From assembly GCA_964016885.1 (NCBI GenBank), contig OZ024744.1:25544001-25608000 (forward strand): DNA of 64,000 nt. The letters run 5' to 3'. The number at the start of each line of letters is the position of its first letter. The stretch's first letter is position 1. The translations under genes were made by a program, and so were the position numbers. The notes beneath the pieces are model-generated. The model saw nothing but the letters and a program-made list of their open reading frames with translations. It had not been told where the DNA came from and searched no databases. Below, piece by piece: positions 27,094 through 38,849 of this stretch. The stretch comes from Eledone cirrhosa (Eukaryota).

Positions 27094-29091
27094 ATGGCTA
27101 ATTCACCTCTGCACCAAGCAGCTGAAAGCCTTTCTCACAAATTAACACCTCACACCGACACCACCATTGTAAATGTTACTACGTTTGCCAACACTAAAAA
27201 AAATATAAGCACTAGCAATATTTTAAATTTGTCTCAGGCAGACATCCATTTCCCGCCATTACCAATGACTGCAGGTGTTAAAGCCTCCACCACCACCACC
27301 ACCACCACCACCACCGCGACAACCACCACCCTCACCACCACCGCGACAACAGAAACAAAAGAAGAAAAAAATAAATTAACTCGTGATGTCGAAATGAAAT
27401 CAAGCAAAATGGACTCTTCCCCACCAAAGACGACTGACGTCACCACCACCACAACTGAAACTAAAATTAATATTAACACAAATAACGATAGCAACAACAA
27501 CAACAATGACATTATAAAAACCACCCTCAGTTTCGCCAGAGTAGCAAAACAGTTCGAAGCATTTACGGTAACTCAGGAGGATTTAGAAAATGCCAAACAA
27601 ATGGTAAAGAAAGATGGGTACAGGGTCAGCCCCCCCCCCCCCCACACACACACACACACACCTAATAAAATGGAGCATCGGCGCCTATACACCGTGTCGT
27701 ATCGAACAATAAATGTAAAATCGCGCCGAGTGGAACGGGCATCCGAGTCCCAAATCCAAAAAGCTTTGGGACATGTGTGGGCAAGAAAAACCCACATCAG
27801 ACGTGGGCAAAAGTATGGAACCATGGACGTGTTCTTTGAAACACCAGAGGAGGCTAGAGAACACTCCATGGCCCCATTAAAAAGTGACGACTTCACACTC
27901 GTCCCAAGCTATTGTGGCCAGAGACTCGTAAAGATCAGGGTGACCCACGTTCCACCGGCCATCGAAATTCCCTGGCTAATAGCGGCCGTCCTCGCTGGCA
28001 TCGAAGCCAACACAAAAATAATAGCAATAGCAAAAGAAAAGCAGGAGAACTGGTCCGGATCGGGGATGGAGCTCCTGATCCAAGCGGACCAAAAAAGCAT
28101 TGAGGAGATCCCAGAGGTAATAGACCTCACTGACGGCAGCCACCTCACGGTAATTGTCGAGGGCAGAAGACCTAGGTGTGTCGTTTGTGGTGAAGGAACC
28201 CACCTAAGGGCTTTCTGCCCTCAGGCTAAAAGGTTGAGGCCACCTCTCCTACCCACCCCAGTGACACAACCATCAACACCACCAGTAGCAGAGATTGCAG
28301 CAACAACTGTAGCAGCAACAACAGAAGCAAGTATAACAGCAACAACCCCAGCAACAGTAGCAAAACCGACACCACCACCACCCAACGCTTCAGAACTAGC
28401 ACCAGCGCCTACACCATCCACCACGCCACAACCAAAACTAACGCCTGTGGAGGATTTTCCACTCCCCGGCCTATCACAACTGGAGACAGATTGTGACGAC
28501 GAGGAGTGGGAAACGATATCCGGAAAAAAAAAAGAAACCAAAAAAGAAAAAAATTCCCTTCCTTCCCCCTCCAAAAAAAAAATACAGAGAGAAACAAATA
28601 AACTAAGAAACAAAAAAGTTAGGACAGATATGCCACCATCCACACCAGCATCACCAACCCCATCAACCCAAACATCAACACCATCACCATCATTAACCCC
28701 AACACCACCATCACCTACACCACAAAAGTCACCAAAATGCGAAACAGAAACAAACCCACAACAAACGCAAACAAAACAAAACAACCAAAACGATACACAC
28801 TACACAGCATTAAATTTGAACAACAAGCAATTATTACACTACATCCAACACAACACCAGCATCACAGAAAAAGACTACACAACAACCCCAAAATTCACAC
28901 CACCTCCACACATACAAATCACTCGCATCACACAGAAAACGTACATGACACTAAAACAAAAATTCCCCAAAGACATCGGAGACTTCCGACAAGCACTCTC
29001 CAGGAGAATTTATAAGGACACCCTTCCTGAGGAGGCCACAAGCAGTGAAAAGGATGGAAAAACTGTCCTTCCCCTACGAGAAGTAAGGTAA
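27094..29091 (+). CDS. Intact ORF1 protein (665 aa), gag-like nucleic-acid binding with one CCHC knuckle
   Basis: Open ATG to TAA. CVVCGEGTHLRAFC. Homologous to family C ORF1. Confidence 0.88.
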   Translation: MANSPLHQAAESLSHKLTPHTDTTIVNVTTFANTKKNISTSNILNLSQADIHFPPLPMTAGVKASTTTTTTTTTATTTTLTTTATTETKEEKNKLTRDVEMKSSKMDSSPPKTTDVTTTTTETKININTNNDSNNNNNDIIKTTLSFARVAKQFEAFTVTQEDLENAKQMVKKDGYRVSPPPPHTHTHTPNKMEHRRLYTVSYRTINVKSRRVERASESQIQKALGHVWARKTHIRRGQKYGTMDVFFETPEEAREHSMAPLKSDDFTLVPSYCGQRLVKIRVTHVPPAIEIPWLIAAVLAGIEANTKIIAIAKEKQENWSGSGMELLIQADQKSIEEIPEVIDLTDGSHLTVIVEGRRPRCVVCGEGTHLRAFCPQAKRLRPPLLPTPVTQPSTPPVAEIAATTVAATTEASITATTPATVAKPTPPPPNASELAPAPTPSTTPQPKLTPVEDFPLPGLSQLETDCDDEEWETISGKKKETKKEKNSLPSPSKKKIQRETNKLRNKKVRTDMPPSTPASPTPSTQTSTPSPSLTPTPPSPTPQKSPKCETETNPQQTQTKQNNQNDTHYTALNLNNKQLLHYIQHNTSITEKDYTTTPKFTPPPHIQITRITQKTYMTLKQKFPKDIGDFRQALSRRIYKDTLPEEATSSEKDGKTVLPLREVR

Positions 29092-29125
29092 GTGGTCTTT
29101 CCCATCTTTTCCACTCCTTTTCAAC

Positions 29126-32100
29126 ATGACCTCACTCAGAATAGGCAGCATAAATGCGCGTGGCTTGGGGTCGTCATGGAAGCAGGGCCACCTGCTCAAC
29201 GACCTCAGGTCACTAAACATAGATGTAGTGGCCATCAGCGAGACCAGAATCTCCGAAGCACAGGCTTTCGCACCGATCTTCGGCGGCTACGATGTGTACG
29301 CATCTCCCAGCCGTCCGGGATCGGGGGGAGGAGTTGCAGTGCTTTTCGGAGAGGTTTGGATCTTGCCATACGGGCCATCTTCCTGGACCCGGAAGGTAAG
29401 TTGGTGGTGCTGGACGTGACCAGCGGAGACGGGCAAGCTTTCAGGTTAGTGGCCGTCTATGCCCCGACAGGAGCAGGGCGGCCTGATTTCTTCCGGCGTC
29501 TGGAGATCTTTCTTGGAACGTCCCGCTCTTTAGTGTTAGTGGGCGACTGGAACGGGATCTTAGATGCACGCTGGGATTGTGTGGGATTAGTGGATAGGGA
29601 AGGAGGGTGGAAGAGTCTCACCAACCTGCTCAGACGTTTTGAACTGTCTGACCGGTACCGAATGGATTTCCCGAATGTACCAATGTGGACTTGGACAAAT
29701 CGCATAGGGTCATCCAGATCATATCTAGATAGAGTATTTTGTAGGGAAATAGATAGGTCTAGCATAGGCTGTCCACAATTCAAGATAGTCAGCTACACGG
29801 ACCACAAATTCCTGATCTGTGTGCTTGACTTAGATAGGCTTCATAGACGAGGACCCGGCTACTGGAAGCTAAACGCGTCCTTACCAGCGCGCAAGGCCTA
29901 CAGAGACCGGATTAGCGAACTACTTAAGCGTTGACGGGAGCCATCGTCAACAACAAGTGGTGGTTTGCTCTGAAAAGAGCAATTAGAATAGAGTCCATTA
30001 GGTTTAGTAAGACTTTAGCAATAGAGAAAAATAGAGCAGAGGGAGAATTAGTTAGAAAATTAGATGAGGCGCTTAGCAAAGGCATCGCGACCGACGTACT
30101 TGCGGCGAAATTGGCCATTGACCAATTCTTCAATGCAAAGCACGAAGGCTGCGTTGTCAGAGCTAGGGTGCGTGCACTCAGACACGAGGGGACGAAAGCC
30201 GTTCAATGGGCCCGAGTGGCGGAGGCGCGTCGGGGCAACAAAGCCACGATCCGGTCTTTGGTGGACCACGTCGGGCGCATGCTACTCGATCCCGGGAAAA
30301 TGTGTGAAGCTTTTCAGCGACACTTCGCTCAACTGTTCGGGGGCAGTGGCGGGCCGGACCGAGGGATGGACTTTAGTGTCTACCTCGGCGGACTGCCGCG
30401 GCTTTCGGCCACTGAGGCGGAGTGTTGCGAAAAGCCGATAACAGCCGCTGAAGTACGGGATGCAATGACTAGTTGCACAAGGGGTAAATCGCCTGGTTTG
30501 GATGGTCTGCCCTATGAACTTTACGTACAAATGCCAAACTTGTTCGGAGGCCTCTTGGCGGACGTCTACTGCAACTGGCAACAGAACGGAAGAATTCCCA
30601 GCTCTGTGAGCCGAGGAGCGGTGGCGCTGCTGAGAAAGGATCCGAACAAGGGGGATAACATAGATAATTTTAGGCCCATAACTCTGCTAAACACAGAGTT
30701 CAAGATTTTGGCCAAGGTGCTAGCAAAGAGGTTGGCGCTTGTCGTTGGTGGTCTGGTGGGAGAGGCACAGACATGCGCCATTCCCGACAGATCCATCCAC
30801 GACAACCTCCACCTCATGCGATACATCGTAGAGAGGGTAGCTAGGGAACCTGGCACGGGTGGGTCTTTGATCAATTTAGATCAGTCGAAAGCTTTCGATA
30901 GGGTCGACCATCGTTACCTAGCGGCAGTCCTGAGGGCGGCTGGCTTTGGGCCCGTCTTCAGAGGCTGGATCGCTGCCATGCACAGCGACATCTGCTCTGT
31001 AGTGAGAGTGAACGGTCACCTTTCGGAACCGTTCAACATCATGCGCTCGGTCCGCCAAGGATGTCCCCTCTCGTCCCTATTGTAGGTATTGACTCTCGAG
31101 CCATTACTGCACAAACTGGAGATGTTGAGTGGGGTCCCGCGCGAACTAGGATGCGGAAGACCCGTGTCAGCATATGCTGACGATGTCACCGTAGTCGTGT
31201 CGAACGCCAAACACATCGAGGCGATCGGCACTACACTAAGAGAATACGAAGCGGTGACAGGAGCAATGATCAACCAGGAAAAGTCAGTGGGCCTGCAGCT
31301 CGGCACCTGGAGAGGCAGGTCCATGCCGTCCAACAGCGTCGTCGGGCGCTGGACGGACGGACCGGTTACATTGCTAGGGGTCTGGTCCGGTCCAGACCTC
31401 CAGACGGACAAAAACTGGGACGAGGTGACGAGCAGGGTGGCTTCTCTCACCCATAAATGGGCCGAGAGGATGTTATCCCTGAAAGGTCGAGCGGAGGTGG
31501 CTAACGCGTACATCGCGTCCGTCATCTACTACCGCCTGACCGTCGTGCCTTGTCCTAAGCCTCGCCTGACGGCGCTGGAACGTTTGCTCTTTCGCTTTTT
31601 GTGGAAGGGACGCCCTCCGATGGTCAGGCGGTCCATCTGCTGTCAACACCCGCTACGTGCAGGGCTGGGCATGCCGTGGCTGATGATGCGCAGACACGCG
31701 CTCAGGCTACGACATCTCCACCTCTTCCTCGACGGTGATCAGGTGTGGTCGCCGTTTGCTAGACACGTTTTTCCCCAGCTCGTCTCCTTGGAGGAGCTGC
31801 AGTCCTGGGTCAAGCGAAGACCGAGAGGGAGCGCTTGGAGACTGGAATGTCTTCAGGCGCTCACAGCCCTCGACCAATCGGGCAATGTGATCGGTGGAAA
31901 CTCCACCTTGGCGTTCTATAGGGGATTAGTGGAGGGGAAGAGCGACGACGTACTTGGAGAAACTCTAGGCGTCGACGAAAATCAACTAGCCAATCTCTTC
32001 GGAAGAACTTTCGGGCCGGGGCCTATGGACAACTTCCAGAAATCCCTGGCCTGGCAGTGCTACCGGGGTGCTTTGCCAGTTCGGGATAAACTCTACAGGC

Positions 32101-32540
32101 ATGGAGGTGCCGTCAGCCGGGCATGTCCGAGATGCGCGCAGGGCGACGAAACCGTCCTGCACGCACTCGTCCAGTGTCCGAACATTGCTGACTTGTGGGT
32201 TTATGTCGAACACCTGCTGTCACGTGTAGGACCTATCCAGCTATCAGCTGAGTCCATCGTGAGGATTTCCCCGCCCTCTTCCTTTAGCCGGGAAGGGCAG
32301 GTAGTTTTTATCTCTCTGGTGGCCATGGCGAAAGAGATAGTATGGTGGACACGTTTGAAAGTGCTGAAGACGAGCACTTACCTCTTCGGTGATGCCCTGA
32401 TTAACTTTTTCAAATTTCATCTGAAAAGGAAAATCAGGGTAGAGAGGGAAGTGCTCTCTTCCCAGCATTTTGTTGAAAGATGGGTGAGAGAAGCAAGTAT
32501 GGCCCGAATGAATGGGCCTTCTCTGAGTATGTGTCAGTAA
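29126..32540 (+). pseudogene. ORF2 APE-RT with frameshifts near 29345 and 29930 and a TAG at 31083
   Basis: Comparison with copy 2. Motifs GSINARGL, GDWN, TDH, QGCPLS, YADD, CPRC..ETVLH..C. Confidence 0.93.
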
Positions 32541-32783
32541 ATTAAAGGTGGAAAACTGGGAGAGGGCACTTGCCCTGGTGGTCAGGTCCACTGTGGTCTT
32601 TTAATGGGCTTTCTCCACAAATGTCCCTCGGAAGTCTCCCCCCTATTGGGGAATTTTTCTTTGTTATTTTATTTCATCCTCTGTTTTTTTTACACGCAGA
32701 AATGCCCATTTGTACCGTCCTGTATTGTCCTGTACTGTCCTTAATGTCTACTTTATGTAAACCCTTGTGGTTAATAAAGAAAA

Positions 32784-32814
<31 letters not shown>

Positions 32815-33024
32815 GGCGACCTACGTAGGAAATCGTATTATCGTGAGCTCCGCAAAGGTTTGTTATTTCCGTTTGTTTAAAAATTGCCATTTATGGAAAA
32901 TTTTATTGTTAACTGTTTATAAGCACACATACATTGTTTTCCGAAAAGGACACCTAAAAAGATTGGGGCCTTGTGCCCAAAATTTAAACTTTTATTATTA
33001 TCAAAAAATTTCTTTGAAAAAAAA

Positions 33025-35017
33025 ATGGCTACTTCACCTCTACACGAAGCAGCTGAAAGCCTTCCTCACAAAATAACACCTCACACCGACACCACCATTG
33101 TAAATGTTACTACGTTTGCCAACACAAAAAAAAATATAAGCAGTAGCAATATTTTAAATTTGTCTCAGGCAGACATTCATTTCCCGCCATTACCAATGAC
33201 TGCAGGTGTTAAAGCCTCCACCACCACCACCACCGCGACAACCACCACCACCACCACCACCGCGACAACAGAAACAAAAGAAGAAAAAAATAAATTAACT
33301 CGTGATGTCGAAATGAAATCAAGCAAAATGGACTCTTCCCCACCAAAGACGACTGACGTCACCACCACCACAACTGAAAATAAAATAAATATTAACGATA
33401 GCAACAACAACAACAATGACATTATAAACCCCCCCCCCCTCAGTTTCGCCAGAGTAGCAAAACAATTCGAAGCGTTCACGGTAACTCAAGAAGATTTAGA
33501 AAATGCCAAACAAATGGTAAAGAAAGATGGGTACAGGGTCAGCCTCACCACCCCCACCTAATAAAATGGAGCATCGGCGCCTGTGCACCGTGTCGTATAG
33601 AACAATAAATGTAAAATCGCGCCGAGTGGAACGGGCATCCGAGTCCCAAATCCAAAAAGCTTTGGGACATGTGTGGGCAAGTAAAACCCACATCAGACGT
33701 GGGCAAAAGTATGGAACCGTGGATGTGTTCTTTGAAACACCAGAGGAGGCTAGAGAACACTCCATGGCCCCATTAAAAAGTGGCGACCTCACACTCGTCC
33801 CAAGCTATTGTGGCCAGAGACTCGTAAAGATCAGGGTGACCCACGTTCCACCGGCCATCGAAATTCCCTGGCTAATAGCGGCTGTCCTCGCTGGCATCGA
33901 AGCCAACACGAAAATAATAGCAGTAGCAAAAGAAAAGCAGGAAAACTGGTCCGGATTTTGGATGGAGCTCCTGATCCAAGCGGACCAAAAAAGCATTGAG
34001 GAGATCCCAGAGGTAATAGACCTCACTGACGGCAGCCACCTCACGGTAATTGTCGAGGGCAGAAGACCTAGGTGTGTCGTTTGTGGTGAAGGAACCCACC
34101 TAAGGGCTTTCTGCCCTCAGGCTAAAAGGTTGAGGCCACCTCTCCTACCCACCCCAGTAACACAACCATCAACACCACCAGTAGCAGAGATGGCAGCAAC
34201 AACTGTAGCAGCAACAACAGAAGCAAGTATAACATCAACAACCCCAGCAACAGTAGCAAAACCAACACCACTACCACCACCAGCAAAACCAACACCACCA
34301 CCACCCAACGCTTCAGAACTAGCACCAGCGCCTACACCATCCACCACACCACAACCAAAACTAACGGCTGTGGAGGATTTTCCACTCCCCGGCCTATCAC
34401 AACTGGAGACAGATTGTGACGACGAGGAGTGGGAAACGATATCCGAAAAAAAAAAAAAGAAACCAAAAAAGAAAAAATTCTCTTCCTTCACCCTCCAAAA
34501 AGAAAATACAGAGGGAAACAAATAAACTAAGAAACAAAAAAGTTAGGACAGATATGCCACCATCCACACCAGCATCACCAACCCCATCAACCCAAACACC
34601 AACACCATCACCTTCATTATCTCCAGCACCACCATCACCTACACCACAAAAGTCACCAAAATGCGAAACAGAAACAAACCCACAACAAACGCAAACAAAA
34701 CAAAAAAAAACCAAAACGATACACACTACACAGCATTAAATTTGAACAACAAGCAATTATTACACTACATCCAACACAACACCAGCATCACAGAAAAAGA
34801 CTACACAACAACCCCAAAATTCACACCACCTCCACACATACAAATCACTCGCATCACACAGAAAACGTACATGACACTAAAACAAAAATTCCCCAAAGAC
34901 ATCGGAGACTTCCGACAAGCACTCTCCAGGAGGATTTATAAGGACATCCTTCCTGAGGAGGCCACAAGCAGTGAAAAGGATGGAAAAGCCGTCCTTCCCC
35001 TACGAGAAGTAAGGTAA
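33025..35017 (+). pseudogene. ORF1 of copy 2, frameshifted in C- and A-rich runs (near 33550, 34450, 34705)
   Basis: Four overlapping ORFs collinear with 27094..29091. Confidence 0.88.
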
Positions 35018-35051
35018 GTGGTCTTTCCCATCTTTTCCACTCCTTTTCAAC

Positions 35052-38000
35052 ATGACCTCACTCAGAATAGGCAGCATAAAGGCGCGTGGCTTGGGGTCGT
35101 CATGGAAGCAGGGCCACCTGCTCAACGACCTCAGGTCACTAAACATAGATGTAGTGGCCATCAGCGAGACCAGAATCTCCGAAGCACAGGCTTTCGCACC
35201 GATCTTCGGCGGCTACGATGTGTACGCATCTCCCAGCCGTCCGGGATCGGGGGGAGGAGTTGCTGTGCTTTTTCGGAGAGGTTTGGATCTTGCCATACGG
35301 GCCATCTTCCTGGACCCAGAAGGTAAGTTGGTGGTGCTGGACGTGACCAGCGGAGACGGGCAAGCTTTCAGGTTAGTGGCCGTCTATGCCCCGACAGGAG
35401 CAGGGCGGCCTGATTTCTTCCGGCGTCTGGAGACCTTTCTTGGAACGTCCCGCTCTTTAGTGTTAGTGGGCGACTGGAACGGGATCTTAGATGCACGCTG
35501 GGATTGTGTGGGATTAGGGGATAGGGAAGGAGGGTGCAAGAGTCTCACAAACCTGCTCAGACGTTTTGAACTGTCTGACAGGTACCGAATGGATTTCCCG
35601 AATGTACCAATGTGGACTTGGACAAATCGCATAGGGTCATCCAGATCATATCTAGATAGAGTATTTTGTAGGGAAATAGATAGGTCTAGCATAGGCTGTC
35701 CACAATTCAAGATAGTCAGCTACACGGACCACAAATTCCTGATCTGTGTGCTTGACTTAGATAGGCTTCATAGACGAGGACCCGGCTACTGGAAGCTAAA
35801 CGCGTCCTTACCAGCGCGCAAGGCCTACAGAGATCGGATTAGCGAACTAGTTAAGCGGGCGTTGACGGGGGCCATCGTCAACAACAAGTGGTGGTTTGCT
35901 CTGAAAAGAGCAATTAGAATAGAGTCCATTAGGTTTAGTAAGACTTTAGCAATAGAGAAAAATAGAGCAGAGGAAGAATTAGTTAGAAAATTAGATGAGG
36001 CGCTTAGCAAAGGCATCGCGACCGACGTACTTGCGGCGAAATTGGCCCTTGACCAATTCTTCAATGCAAAGCACGAAGGCTGCGTTGTCAGAGCTAGTGT
36101 GTGTGCACTCAGACACGAGGGGACGAAAGCCGTTCAATGGGCCCGAGTGGCGGAGGCGCGTCGTGGCAACAAAGCCACGATCCGGTCTTTGATGGACCAC
36201 GACGGGCGCATGCTACTCGATCCCGGGCAAATGTGTGAAGCTTTTCAGCGACACTTCGCTCAACTGTTCGGGGGCAGTGGCGGGCCGGATCGAGGGGTGG
36301 ACTTTAGTGTCTACCTCGACGGACTGCCGCGGCTTTCGGCCACTGAGGCGGAGTGTTGCGAAAAGCCGATAACAACCGCTGAAGTACGGGATGCAATGAC
36401 TAGTTGCACAAGGGGTAAATCGCCTGGTTTGGATGGTCTGCCCTATGAACTTTACGTACAAATGCCAAACTTGTTCGGAGGCCTCTTGGCGGACGTCTAC
36501 TGCAACTGGCAACAGAACGGGAGAATTCCCAGCTCTGTGAGCCGAGGAGCGGTCGCGCTGCTGAGAAAGGATCCGAACAAGGGGGATAACATAGATAATT
36601 TTAGGCCCATAACTCTGCTAAACACAGAGTTCAAGATTTTGGCCAAGGTGCTAGCAAAGAGGTTGGCGCTTGTCGTTGGTGGTCTGGTGGGAGAGGCACA
36701 GACATGCGCCATTCCCGACAGATCCATCCACGACAACCTCCACCTCATGCGATACATTGTAGAGAGGGTAGCTAGGGAACCTGGCACGGGTGGGTCTTTG
36801 ATCAATTTAGATCAGTCGAAAGCCTTCGATAGGGTCGACCATCGTTACCTAGCGGCAGTCCTGAGGGCGGCTGGCTTTGGGCCCGTCTTCAGAGGCTGGA
36901 TCGCTGCCATGCACAGCGACATCTGCTCTGTAGTGAGAGTGAACGGTCACCTTTCGGAACCGTTCAACATCATGCGCTCGGTCCACCAAGGATGTCCCCT
37001 CTCGTCCCTATTGTAGGTATTGACTCTCGAGCCATTACTGCACAAACTGGAGACGTTGAGGGGGGTCCCGCGCGAACTAGGATGCGGAAGATCCGTGTCA
37101 GCATATGCCGACGATGTCACCGTAGTGGTGTCGAACGCCAAACACATCGAGGCGATCGGCACTACACTAAGAGAATACGAAGCGGTGACAGGAGCAATGA
37201 TCAACCAGGAAAAGTCAGTGGGCCTGCAGCTCGGCACCTGGAGAGGCAGGTCCATGCCGTCCAACAGCGTCGTCGGGCGCTGGACGGACGGACCGGTTAA
37301 ATTGCTAGGGGTCTGGTTCGGTCCAGACCTCCAGACGGACAAAAACTGGGACGAGGTGACGAGCAGGGTGGCTTCTCTCACCCATAAATGGGCCGAGAGG
37401 AAGCTATCCCTGAAAGGTCGAGCGGAGGTGGCGAATGCGTACATCGCATCCGTCATCTACTACCGCCTGACCGTCGTACCTTGTCCTAAGCCCCGCCTGA
37501 CTGCGCTGGAGCGTTTGCTCTTTCGCTTCTTGTGGAAGGGACGCGCTCCGATGGTCAGGCGGTCCATCTGCTGTCAACACCCGCTACGTGGAGGGCTGGG
37601 CATGCCGTGGCTGATGATGCGCAGACACGCGCTCAGGCTACGACATCTCCACCTCTTCCTCGACGGTGATCAGGTGTGGTCGCCGTTTGCAAGACACGTT
37701 TTTCCCCAGGTCGTCTCCTTGACGGAGCTGCAGTCCTGGGTCAAGCGAAGACCGAGAGGGAGCGCTTGGAAACTGGAATGTCTTCAGGCGCTCACAGCCC
37801 TCGACCAATCGGGCAATGTGATCGGTGGAAACTCCACCTTGGCGTTCTATAGGGGATTAGTGGAGGGGAAGAGCGACGACGTACTTGGAGAAACTCTAGG
37901 CGTCGACGAAAATCAACTAGCCAATCTCTTCGGAAGGACTTTCGGGCCGGGGCCTATGGACAACTTCCAGAAATCCCTGGCCTGGCAGTGCTACCGAGGA

Positions 38001-38471
38001 GCTTTGCCAGTTCGGGATAAACTCTACAGGCATGGAGGTGCCGTCAGCCGGGCATGTCCGAGATGCGCGCAGGGCGACGAAACCGTCCTGCACGCACTCG
38101 TCCAGTGTCCGAACATTGCTGACTTGTGGGTTTATGTCGAACACCTGCTGTCACGTGTAGGACCTATCCAGCTATCAGCTGAGTCCATCGTGAGGATTGC
38201 CCCGCCCCCTTCCTTTAGCCTGGAAGGGCAGGAAGTTTTTATCTGTCTGGTGGCCATGGCGAAAGAGATAGTATGGTGGACACGTTTGAAAGGGCTGAAG
38301 ACGAGCACTTACCTCTTCGGTGATGCCCTGATTAACTTTTTCAAATTTCATTTGAAAAGGAAAATCAGGGTAGAGAGGGAAGTGCTCTCTTCCCAGCATT
38401 TTGTTGAAAGATGGGTGAGAGAAGCAAGTATGGCCCGAATGAATGGGCCTTCTCTGAGTATGTGTCTGTAA
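35052..38471 (+). pseudogene. ORF2 APE-RT, open except for one in-frame TAG at 37014-37016
   Basis: 35052..37016 and 37020..38471 are in the same frame. Confidence 0.93.
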
Positions 38472-38713
38472 ATTAAAGGTGGAAAACTGGGAGAGGGCAC
38501 TTGCCCTGGTGGTCAGGGCCACTGTGGTCTTTTAATGGGCTTTCTCCACAAATGTCCCTTGGAAGTCTCCCCCCTATTGGGGAATTTTTCTTTGTTATTT
38601 TATTTCAAACTCTGTTTTTTTACACGCAGAAATGCCCATTTGTACCGTCCTGTATTGTCCTGTACTGTCCTTAATGTCTACTTTATGTGAACCCTTGTGG
38701 TTAATAAAGAAAA

Positions 38714-38788
<75 letters not shown>

Positions 38789-38849
38789 TTTATTTTTCCC
38801 AATTCAATGATGTTCTTCCAAAACAATATAAATGAGATATTTGGCAATA

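Larger units (their letters stand above)
26885..32784 (+). mobile_element. Tx1 family B, full-length copy 1
   Basis: Starts right after (TTA)n (TTGGCGACCTACG), contains ORF1 and ORF2, ends AATAAAGAAAAC(ATT)n. Confidence 0.96.
32815..38714 (+). mobile_element. Tx1 family B, full-length copy 2, head-to-tail with copy 1
   Basis: Same 5' start, separated from copy 1 only by about 30 bp of (TTA)n, followed by (TTA)n at 38715-38787. Confidence 0.96.
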
